A stretch of 56,405 nucleotides of DNA from a virus (Duplodnaviria > Caudoviricetes): IMG/VR virus record IMGVR_UViG_3300048578_000331, positions 1-56,405 of that record, one strand, 5' to 3'. How positions within the stretch are numbered: position 1 is the first letter of the stretch; each line of letters starts with the position of its first letter. Of the stretch, positions 9,089 to 16,818 are shown in pieces. A program made the position numbers and the translations under genes. The notes beneath the pieces were generated by a model that saw nothing but the letters and a program-made list of their open reading frames with translations, did no database searches and had not been told where the DNA came from.

Positions 9089-9604
9089 CTATCTACGGAG
9101 AGCGGCCAGAATGCTTGGCATTGTTTCCGCTTCGTTCTCTTCCTCGAAATAACACCCGCTTTCGCTGACCTGCACAGCCTTTACGGTATGAACTTCACTT
9201 GTGCCGGCGTTGCTGTCGATCACAAGGATGGCACAGCGATCGCTTTCGTTGATAACGGGAGCGTTTGCATATTGCGCAAACTCAACATAATCGCTTAATC
9301 TTTCCTCGAAAGTTACACAAACGCAATTTGCGGACAAATAGAACCAGTCGCCTTGGCCGTTCCTTTGGTCAACGCTCCGACTGCTGGTAACCCTTCCAAG
9401 ACTGCAATTGTGCATCATGAGGCCATACCGCCTGGTGCTTATGGCTATCCTTGCCTTGCCTTGTTCACGGCTATAGGGATAATCAACGATGAAATCACTG
9501 CTTCCAATGATCCGTTTGTTTGCACCTGTGGCATCGAACATCATCACCTTGCGATTATCCAGGTTGATAGCCACCGCCTTGTGTTGCCGATTCGTAAGAT
9601 TCAT
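9089..9604 (-). CDS. Hypothetical protein
   Basis: ORF with RBS AGAAAGGA. Confidence 0.65.
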   Translation of the reverse strand: MNLTNRQHKAVAINLDNRKVMMFDATGANKRIIGSSDFIVDYPYSREQGKARIAISTRRYGLMMHNCSLGRVTSSRSVDQRNGQGDWFYLSANCVCVTFEERLSDYVEFAQYANAPVINESDRCAILVIDSNAGTSEVHTVKAVQVSESGCYFEEENEAETMPSILAALRR

Positions 9605-9610
9605 AGCTGA

Positions 9611-9644
9611 TCCTTTCTGCCGTGCTTAGCCCCACGGCTGGGCT
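9611..9644 (-). promoter_or_regulatory. Repeated pseudoknot-RBS leader motif, copy F
   Basis: AGCCC-A-GCCGTG-GGGCT-AAG-CACGGC-AGAAAGGA. Confidence 0.7.
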
Positions 9645-9648
9645 GCTG

Positions 9649-9951
9649 TTAAAGCGTCCAGTTATGCCCTACGGCGTTTGCAAGGTTTGATGCAAGGGTG
9701 GTGATTTCATCAACGATGGCTGAAAACCGGACATAATCTTCGAATTGGTGCAAGGCGCGGTTTTTCGTGCTCTGGTCTGCGTTTTCAGCTGAGAGAATAG
9801 CCATAAGGTTACTTTGCAGGCAGCATGAGGTTTGGCCGGTTACTTCCTTGGCCATCTCCTGAAGCTCATTGAATGCATGGTCTCTTGAATCTTTGCACGC
9901 ATCGTATTGAGAAGTGGTCTTTTTTACGGCATCGTGTTCTTTGGCTGTCAT
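9649..9951 (-). CDS. Hypothetical protein
   Basis: ORF with RBS AGAAAGGGA. Confidence 0.65.
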   Translation of the reverse strand: MTAKEHDAVKKTTSQYDACKDSRDHAFNELQEMAKEVTGQTSCCLQSNLMAILSAENADQSTKNRALHQFEDYVRFSAIVDEITTLASNLANAVGHNWTL

Positions 9952-9957
9952 CGGATA

Positions 9958-9994
9958 TCCCTTTCTCCCGGTCTTTCGCCCGGCCGGGAGGGCG
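9958..9994 (-). promoter_or_regulatory. Repeated pseudoknot-RBS leader motif, copy G
   Basis: CGCCC-T-CCCGG-CC-GGGCG-AAAGA-CCGGG-AGAAAGGGA. Confidence 0.65.
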
Positions 9995-9999
9995 TATCA

Positions 10000-10224
10000 T
10001 TAAGCGTTGATGATTTGCTTGGCCAACTTGTACTGAGCCTCTGCCACTTCGTAATTGGCCTTCGCTTTCTTGGCCTGTTCCGCTTGAGCAATTACGCTTT
10101 CCATGTCGTTGATGCCGGCGTATTGGGTTGTGGTCTTTACGGTATTCAGAGCCGTTTCCATCTTGGATTTCGCATCCACCAATTGGGCTTCCAGACTTGC
10201 AAGGATCATTTCGTTCTTCGTCAT
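10000..10224 (-). CDS. Small coiled-coil protein, first gene of the right accessory operon
   Basis: RBS GGAGGG; Ala/Lys/Glu-rich helical sequence. Confidence 0.7.
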   Translation of the reverse strand: MTKNEMILASLEAQLVDAKSKMETALNTVKTTTQYAGINDMESVIAQAEQAKKAKANYEVAEAQYKLAKQIINA

Positions 10225-10272
10225 CTTTTCAACCCTCCGATTACTAATATGTAAGTTTTATTAACTATTATC

Positions 10273-10301
10273 ATTCTACATTACGAAATAGTAATTGTAA
10301 A
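10273..10301 (-). promoter_or_regulatory. Sigma-A-type promoter, copy 2
   Basis: TTTACA-17 bp-TAGAAT; near-identical to 5595-5623. Confidence 0.75.
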
Positions 10302-10343
10302 GGGGTTTTGTGTATTATATAAAAATAATATTGAGAAATAAAC

Positions 10344-10375
10344 AAAAAGCAGAGTGGCTAAGTCACTCTGCTTTT
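10344..10375. terminator. Intrinsic terminator, possibly bidirectional
   Basis: AAAAGCAGAGTGG...TCACTCTGCTTTT inverted repeat. Confidence 0.75.
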
Positions 10376-10392
10376 AAGAAGCGATTTGTGTT

Positions 10393-10548
10393 TTAAGTGC
10401 ACGAAGGACAAGGGACCTTTCCACTACCGCCGCAATGTGTGCAAGTCTCATCTGTGGTTAAATCTGTTCCTGTTCCTGCGCATCTTGAACAATTAAGCTC
10501 ACCAGTGCCATGACAACGTCCGCAAATATCATTTGTTGAGTCAGCCAT
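10393..10548 (-). CDS. 51-aa DnaJ-like CxxCxGxG zinc-finger microprotein (moron); absent from the ORF track
   Basis: MADSTNDICGRCHGTGELNCSRCAGTG...CTHCGGSGKVPCPSCT; RBS GAAAGGAG. Confidence 0.75.
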   Translation of the reverse strand: MADSTNDICGRCHGTGELNCSRCAGTGTDLTTDETCTHCGGSGKVPCPSCT

Positions 10549-10606
10549 GTCGATTCTCCTTTCATCAATTTATTCGTGCAGAGTTAGTTACAACTACAAT
10601 AAAGAT

Positions 10607-10635
10607 AATATAGCATATTAGTGGAAATAATGCAA
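10607..10635 (-). promoter_or_regulatory. Sigma-A-type promoter of the zinc-finger moron
   Basis: TTGCAT-17 bp-TATATT with TGn extended -10. Confidence 0.55.
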
Positions 10636-10669
10636 TCATATGTATATTATGTACTATAATCCCAAAAAC

Positions 10670-10708
10670 AAAAAAAGCGCCCGGCTGGCGTTATACCAGT
10701 CGGGCGTT
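10670..10708 (-). terminator. Terminator ending the late/lysis operon
   Basis: GC-rich stem of about 13 bp followed by a T-tract on the minus strand. Confidence 0.75.
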
Positions 10709-10723
10709 GATTCATAGGCTGCA

Positions 10724-11101
10724 TCAGGGCGAAGAACGGGTGACAGGGTTATTCACAATACCCAATGCAACCAGGATGGGGAGCAGAACATCCAATAGGC
10801 CGTTTACGGTATTCTCAATATCCAAACGGAAAAACAATCGGAAACAATAAGTAACGAATGCACCGATGGCTAACCACACAGCCCAGCTTTGATACCATTT
10901 CTGGTCCCCTTCTCCGAAAAGCTGTCCGTGGACAAGAGGATCATTGATGATACCAAAGGCCACCAGGAGAGGAAGCAGAAGGTTGAGACCGGTTTGTAAA
11001 GGTTCGCTGATGTCAATGCCGGTAACGTTCAGCACGACAAAAGCACCCAGGGCAGCGAGCGCCAACCATAGCGCCCAAGATTTCCAACGACTTTGTTCCA
11101 T
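10724..11101 (-). CDS. Holin with internally duplicated two-TM unit
   Basis: Two copies of QS/QK..W.SWA.WLA...LLP.LVA.GI.N.P. Confidence 0.75.
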   Translation of the reverse strand: MEQSRWKSWALWLALAALGAFVVLNVTGIDISEPLQTGLNLLLPLLVAFGIINDPLVHGQLFGEGDQKWYQSWAVWLAIGAFVTYCFRLFFRLDIENTVNGLLDVLLPILVALGIVNNPVTRSSP

Positions 11102-11135
11102 GATACCATTCCTTTCGTTTGTATTGCAAAGGCAG

Positions 11136-11540
11136 CTACATGGGCCTTATGCTGCATGCATCTGCCGTATTGCCGCGTGGGGGAAATTCCTGGAGCGAAG
11201 ATATGTCTTCCGCATAGCTGTCGATCAGGGAATTGTAGCCCTTCGTGGTATACGAATCATACATTTTGAGCAATGATCCCTTTTCCCGATCTGGGCACCA
11301 TCCGACACGCATATAATGGCTGTGCGCAGTTTCAAGCCGATCGCGGATGATTGTAGCCACATCATCACCGACGCCATGCATGTCATCATTGATCTTGGCA
11401 AGGGATTCAAGCACCTTGGTTTCAAACTCTTTCTTTTTCGCGGCCCTTTTCTTGAGCCATCCTTTGACCTTTATGCCGGCCCCTATGATTCCTCCCAATG
11501 CCCCTACAATTGCAGCTATGCGAAGGATGATCTGCTCCAT
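11136..11540 (-). CDS. Lysis-module membrane protein (holin/XhlA-like, single N-terminal TM)
   Basis: Hydrophobic N-terminus and LLKMYDSYTTKGYNS motif; located between endolysin and holin. Confidence 0.6.
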   Translation of the reverse strand: MEQIILRIAAIVGALGGIIGAGIKVKGWLKKRAAKKKEFETKVLESLAKINDDMHGVGDDVATIIRDRLETAHSHYMRVGWCPDREKGSLLKMYDSYTTKGYNSLIDSYAEDISSLQEFPPRGNTADACSIRPM

Positions 11541-11735
11541 CGGTCGTTCGCCCCATTCTTTTGTTGAATGGCCTGCGCCGCTTGATTTGGCAGCGCAGGC
11601 GGTGACGTGATTTCTGTCGGCGCCTTATGTTGAAACTTGCTCTTTCGACATGCTCTTTTCTAAGTCATAGCATCATCTACCTGATCGTATTTTCCAGGAC
11701 ACTTCACAAGGGCGCTTGCATGATCCGCGGCCTTT

Positions 11736-12728
11736 TTATGACTGCTGTGCGTAGGTTGCGCCTTTATATTGGGCTACGATGTTCTGCGCATCTACGAGCA
11801 CAAGGTCAGGAACGGTGGCTGTATACAGGGTGATAGCAACAGGTTCGTCGCCTGGGGTATCGGCCTCATCATCATCATTCAGATTGATAAGAACAGCCCA
11901 GGTTTTAGGTCCAACCACGCCATCAACGGTCAAACCGTATTCCTTCTGTAGCTTCCGTACGGCTTCATCAGTCTTTTTACCAAAGTCGCCATCGATGCCG
12001 TCACCTGCCGGGCCGTAGGCGCCAAGGTCATATCCAAGTTTTTTCAAGATGCGCTGCACCTGGGAGACGGAATCGCCGTTCGATCCCTTGCGCAAGGTGG
12101 GGTAGTCATCAGCTGGCTCGTAGGGCTTCACTGTGCCCTCTACGGGGATGGCGGCTCCAAACTCGCTGTCCCAGCGCGGACGCCCATAACCGGCTATACG
12201 GACGTAATTCAGGTCATAGCTGCGCCTGCGTACACCGTTGGAAGAATTGCCTTCAATCGTGTATACCTTTTTGCTGTCGGAGCGCTCGACAAGACCAGTA
12301 TGCTGAACAACGTTGGGGTCCGTCCTGTCGGTCGGCCAGAAGAAAATCTGATCTCCGGGCTGGGGAGCACCGAAGGCACCAGGATTGACAAAGTCGAAGA
12401 ACCGACCCTTTGACTTGTAGTAGCCCATACTCCAGCGGCAGCCGGCTCCGCTGCTGTTCATCGGCTGACATTGGAGCTGGCGGCCGACGTCGATGACGTA
12501 GGCGATAGCAAAGCAGTAATCAGTAAAGACATCGCAGTATGCGACGCCTTGCTTTTTGCCGTTGTAGTACGGATACTCCGGGCGCTGCTTGTCAAAGAAG
12601 TCTGCGTACTTGGTAAAGTTGCCATCGCCGGCGTTCGCCTTCGGATCGTAAAGCTGGCTATTTGTTTCCTTCTCCAGGTATCCGATCTCCGCTATAGCTA
12701 CGGCAAGCAAAGCCTTGGGATCATACAT
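11736..12728 (-). CDS. Endolysin with CHAP and peptidoglycan-binding domains
   Basis: AYCDVF (Cys), QHTGLV (His), TIEGNS; LRKGSNG...DGDFG..T...DGVVGPKTW. Confidence 0.88.
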   Translation of the reverse strand: MYDPKALLAVAIAEIGYLEKETNSQLYDPKANAGDGNFTKYADFFDKQRPEYPYYNGKKQGVAYCDVFTDYCFAIAYVIDVGRQLQCQPMNSSGAGCRWSMGYYKSKGRFFDFVNPGAFGAPQPGDQIFFWPTDRTDPNVVQHTGLVERSDSKKVYTIEGNSSNGVRRRSYDLNYVRIAGYGRPRWDSEFGAAIPVEGTVKPYEPADDYPTLRKGSNGDSVSQVQRILKKLGYDLGAYGPAGDGIDGDFGKKTDEAVRKLQKEYGLTVDGVVGPKTWAVLINLNDDDEADTPGDEPVAITLYTATVPDLVLVDAQNIVAQYKGATYAQQS

Positions 12729-12781
12729 TGTATTCACCTCCAAAAACTTAAGAGGCTACGAACTAAATCTGTTCGCAGCCT

Positions 12782-13099
12782 CTATTTGGCTTCTGATTTC
12801 CCCGGCGAGGGAACTGGCGGGGATTCTTTCTTTTCTGTCGGCTCCATTGTTGACACCGGCCCGGCTGAAACAGTTGGAATTACAGGTACAGTCGGCACTG
12901 CGGGCTGTACCATAGGGGAGGTCTGAGAAGCCGGTACAGTCGGCATTTTCGGAGACGCAATTTCTGCCACAGATACAGCCTGGATCAGGTCTTGTGTTTG
13001 GACTACTTGCTTTAATGCTTCGTGATACGGGCCGGAGATTTGAACCATGTGCAATTGTTCCATGAGTTGGCTCTTCTGTTGATGGCTATCAAGGATCAT
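12782..13099 (-). CDS. Hypothetical protein with Pro-rich tail
   Basis: Overlaps the stop of the upstream gene; RBS AAAGGAG. Confidence 0.55.
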   Translation of the reverse strand: MILDSHQQKSQLMEQLHMVQISGPYHEALKQVVQTQDLIQAVSVAEIASPKMPTVPASQTSPMVQPAVPTVPVIPTVSAGPVSTMEPTEKKESPPVPSPGKSEAK

Positions 13100-13557
13100 A
13101 GGGATTCTCCTTTCGTAATAGGTGCTGCTATCTTAGCTGCCGACAACTCTTTAAAGGCTGCCTCCTTGGCAGATATAGCCTCGTTCTTCTGTACTTCCAT
13201 GACATTGGCCCTTTCGGTTTCCTGGGTTAATCGGCATTTTAGATCGGCTTTTTCCATGCGCTCCTTCTCAACTGCTGCCTGGAGATCGCTGATGATGACC
13301 TCCGGGTCGCTCATGCAAAGGAATGTGATCTGGCAGGCGTGCAGGTACGTATAGCCCTTTTGCACGGATGCCGGATTTTCTAGGTCTTCCGGCGAGTAAA
13401 TCTCCCAATCGTTCTTCCCAAGGGCAGCGATTTGCTCAGGCGTTATGCCCTCCGGGAGATCCACACGAAGGGCCGGACGTGCCATTCGTTCATGAAAAAC
13501 CTTATCCCCATAGATGTTTCCTGTGTTGAGAGTGATTTCACCTGCTTTGATTATCAT
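13096..13557 (-). CDS. Hypothetical tail-associated protein with C-terminal coiled coil
   Basis: RBS AAAGGAGG before MIIKAG; position after the tail fibre genes. Confidence 0.6.
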   Translation of the reverse strand: MIIKAGEITLNTGNIYGDKVFHERMARPALRVDLPEGITPEQIAALGKNDWEIYSPEDLENPASVQKGYTYLHACQITFLCMSDPEVIISDLQAAVEKERMEKADLKCRLTQETERANVMEVQKNEAISAKEAAFKELSAAKIAAPITKGESL

Positions 13558-13576
13558 ACCTTTACCTCCTTTATTG

Positions 13577-14113
13577 TCATCCAAGTCCACCTTGGACCAG
13601 GCGCCATATACCACCGTTCACCACGTAGGGCGTTGCTTCCCTTCTCCAAACGCCACCGTTATAAACCCATGGCGTTGCGAATCTCCAGATACCCCCGTTT
13701 ACCACGATGAACGGGAGTTCAATCCATTCGAAATAAACGGTAAGATATCCTGTTGTGTTTGTTCTGATCGTTATGCCGTTGCCGGAACCGCCACTTCTGT
13801 GGACATGAAATGTAAACTGTAATCCTGCAACAGCCAAAAAACGATCATCAAAAGCAGTAAGGGATACGGTTTCTGTATGAAAGGCAGCATTGTTTGAGAA
13901 AAGATTAGTATTAAACGTTCCGTAATATCCAGGCACGCCAAGATCAAGATATACGGATGATACATATGTTGCTATGTTGGTCAGTGTTAGGGTGACACCC
14001 GTAACATGGGCAAGCCTTGTTGTGTCGCCAGATGAATTGGCGTAAAATACGCCTCCATCAGGGAAATCCCCTGGTGTCTGAAAATTTGAAAGGTTTACGG
14101 TAAGTGCTGCCAT
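13577..14113 (-). CDS. Tail-tip/receptor-binding accessory protein, paralog of the tail fibre N-terminal domain
   Basis: Aligns by eye with residues 1-128 of 14122-16818; three P(F/W/Y)..NGG(I/V)WR repeats at the C-terminus. Confidence 0.65.
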   Translation of the reverse strand: MAALTVNLSNFQTPGDFPDGGVFYANSSGDTTRLAHVTGVTLTLTNIATYVSSVYLDLGVPGYYGTFNTNLFSNNAAFHTETVSLTAFDDRFLAVAGLQFTFHVHRSGGSGNGITIRTNTTGYLTVYFEWIELPFIVVNGGIWRFATPWVYNGGVWRREATPYVVNGGIWRLVQGGLG

Positions 14114-14121
14114 ATGTCACC

Positions 14122-16818
14122 TCACCATTGCAGGTAGATGTCGCCCTCTGCTCCCGAGCCTGGGCCAGCCTGCCCGTTTCTTATGTTTCCTGTATGGTAA
14201 ATCTCATTCCACGGTTGATATGCTGCAGCGTCACCGTTTCTCGTTCTAAACGACAATTTCCCTGCAATATTGTAAGACGCAGAAAACATTAATCCGTACC
14301 CGTTCGGATTAAAGTGAACTAGGGGGCCAATCCATGGAGCATTGTTGGCATACGAAAAAGAAACATAATTGTCAACTAAGTTTGCATCTATTCCGGGATA
14401 TGGAACCCAGTTTTTGAATGCTACAAAAGCTGTGTTATCAAGTCCATCAAGTAAATTTGAATCAGCGGCTTTAGCGCCGATGCCCAAATACTTGTTTATA
14501 AGAAACGTTCCGGCCTCCATTATCAGGTTGGATGTAATAAGTACCCCGCCTTGGTTTATTTCAGCATACCCGTCCCCGACATAAAGTCGCATTATCCTAT
14601 TTGTGGTAGCGTTTAACAGGTCAATGCCATAGTGTCTAATACCATTGGCATCTGCACCTACAATCACACTGCCCTGTGACCCAGTATTGTCGATAAGTTG
14701 CGTTATCGCGCCTCTTGTAGGTTGGTTCCAAGAACCTCTGTTCCCCAACCAGTTTGAACCGAAATATATAGAATTTTTAGGATATTGATATCCCAAATAA
14801 TCCCAATATACCACCGGCCCTGTGCTGAATCCAATACCGAAAAATGCTGCCCCAAGATCATTTATGCTTGTCCCCAAGTGCCATGCGCCTTGTGAGTTGG
14901 TGAACCGCATGGTTGAATAAGCAGAGGTTGGATTATCTAGCCTGAGTGGAGTAATTTGCCCTTGGAATGTCATGGGTACAGTTATATTCCCAATGTTCCC
15001 ATCATGGAGTATTTTTCTTGCGGTCTGCCACGCCCCCCCGGAATATGACTGAAAGTAAAACGCATCCGATTCGGCCATGTGCAAAAGTCGGAGCTTGAAC
15101 GTGCTATCTTTGGCTATCGTAAAACCTATTTGGTTATAATCTGTCCGCTTGAAAAATCCGTTTTCGAGTTCGGCGTTTAGGGCCGCTTCGGAGGAAAAGA
15201 TTTTACTTGAAGCCGATTCAATATCCGCTCTCACCTGCGCAGGTGTGCGAGGCACAAGCGCCCCGGTGCCGTTGCCTTTCAGGTAGCTTCCTGCAGCTAC
15301 CTCTCCAAGACCTATGCCGCCAGAGGTTACAGGCCATATGCTGGGTATGTCGATGCCTCCAAACCGTTCATCCAGCGTCATGCCTTTATAGTAGAATTCC
15401 CATGCTGGATTGATCTCCACAGCATCAATTCGCTGGGCGATCATGCCAAAGGCAACGCCGCGACCACCAACTCGGTAGTTCAAAAGCACCTGCTGCGTAG
15501 GCAGGATAGCTACAGCTTCGACGGAGTTGAATTCGTCGGCGATTGCAACCTTGATGACATATGAGCTGTTCGCATCATACCCGCTTCCCTCTACAAAGGC
15601 TTCCCCTGATGCGGCGATATACGTATCAACCTGCACATATTCTCCACCAGCGAAAAGCCGCCTGGATGTGATCATGCTGTCGATAGGATTCTTGCCATCC
15701 AGGTTGGAGAAAGAATATTCGGGAGTTACTTTTGCATACTCACCGCTGTCATTTGGCGTTCCGTCCGGATTACACCTGGCCACATCAAGGTCGATGATCT
15801 GCGGCCTTGCGTATGCCACAAAGGTCACGTTGACGGATGCCGTTTTCTTTCTACCGCGGCTGTCGGTAACTTCGCAGACAAAAGGAACCAGGCCAGCGGC
15901 ATTTACCGGGCCTGTTTCGTAGGGGCTTCCGTTCCCCTGATATCCGCCACCGGTCATCTTTATTTCTGTGATCCAGCTGCCGTATGAACCGGCGATCCCT
16001 TGCCCTGTTAGACGGACGCCGCTGATCTCCTGGACGTATATTCCCCATATACTCGGCACGCCGTTGTTGATCATGTCGGCAGATAATCCGATAAGCGCAG
16101 GGAGAATGCCAGCACCGGCGCGGATTGAAAAGTATTTCGTTACGGTACCGGTCTTTACATCGTCCATATAGGTATCGACTGTGACGGATGCGATACCGCT
16201 TACGGCATCAGGAATGGCATATAACCAGCTAAGGTCAACGGTCAGCACTTCGTTATAGGGTGACGAATGGTGCGTTTCCTCATAATGGGACGATTCGTAA
16301 GTGTCGTACTGGGTCTGAAGCTTCCAGGTGATCTCATGCTCTGCATTCGGATGCGTCGGGGTGATCGTGGCGGTGATCGATTCGCCGGCATCAACCTCTG
16401 CCTTATTCAGCGTGAAATCAGACTGCGGTATGAAATAGTCAATCTCCAGAAGGCCAGATACATTGTCGCGCAGGTTGATCAGATTTCCGGTTCCGCTTAT
16501 GTTTGCACGAACAGTAAAATATACCGTTTCAGAACCAGTATGGATCAACGAGTTCAGGAAAGATGCAAACGCAACTGTCTGGCTATGGATTTCGGAGTTT
16601 TGAGCAAGGGGATTCGTGCTCCCTGTCCCGCCGCCTTTCGTCAGGTCCAGGTAGCAATGCGTTGAATAGCTGCGGATGTTATACAGCGTCAAACGGACAG
16701 CGGTGATAATGGCTGTGGGCACAGCAGTACCGGATGCATAAGCCTGGAATGCGTTCCCCACACGAAGGTCAGCATTCTTGTTCGTGAACGATGACAGACT
16801 AAATTGCATGGTCGGCAT
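14122..16818 (-). CDS. Tail fibre / minor structural protein (DUF859-like core plus fibre modules)
   Basis: VTDSRGR, RCNPDGT and GRGVAFG motifs; ILHDGN/IYHTGN and DSNLLDG fibre motifs. Confidence 0.75.
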   Translation of the reverse strand: MPTMQFSLSSFTNKNADLRVGNAFQAYASGTAVPTAIITAVRLTLYNIRSYSTHCYLDLTKGGGTGSTNPLAQNSEIHSQTVAFASFLNSLIHTGSETVYFTVRANISGTGNLINLRDNVSGLLEIDYFIPQSDFTLNKAEVDAGESITATITPTHPNAEHEITWKLQTQYDTYESSHYEETHHSSPYNEVLTVDLSWLYAIPDAVSGIASVTVDTYMDDVKTGTVTKYFSIRAGAGILPALIGLSADMINNGVPSIWGIYVQEISGVRLTGQGIAGSYGSWITEIKMTGGGYQGNGSPYETGPVNAAGLVPFVCEVTDSRGRKKTASVNVTFVAYARPQIIDLDVARCNPDGTPNDSGEYAKVTPEYSFSNLDGKNPIDSMITSRRLFAGGEYVQVDTYIAASGEAFVEGSGYDANSSYVIKVAIADEFNSVEAVAILPTQQVLLNYRVGGRGVAFGMIAQRIDAVEINPAWEFYYKGMTLDERFGGIDIPSIWPVTSGGIGLGEVAAGSYLKGNGTGALVPRTPAQVRADIESASSKIFSSEAALNAELENGFFKRTDYNQIGFTIAKDSTFKLRLLHMAESDAFYFQSYSGGAWQTARKILHDGNIGNITVPMTFQGQITPLRLDNPTSAYSTMRFTNSQGAWHLGTSINDLGAAFFGIGFSTGPVVYWDYLGYQYPKNSIYFGSNWLGNRGSWNQPTRGAITQLIDNTGSQGSVIVGADANGIRHYGIDLLNATTNRIMRLYVGDGYAEINQGGVLITSNLIMEAGTFLINKYLGIGAKAADSNLLDGLDNTAFVAFKNWVPYPGIDANLVDNYVSFSYANNAPWIGPLVHFNPNGYGLMFSASYNIAGKLSFRTRNGDAAAYQPWNEIYHTGNIRNGQAGPGSGAEGDIYLQW

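Noticed and set aside
11644-11650. Perfect 0A box (TTCGACA) between endolysin and holin genes
   Set aside because: A 7-mer is expected several times by chance in 56 kb; single site with no supporting promoter
13577-16818. Diversity-generating retroelement or invertase shuffling of the tail fibre
   Set aside because: No reverse transcriptase, no adenine-mismatched TR/VR pair and no local invertase seen; the duplication is recognisable only at protein level
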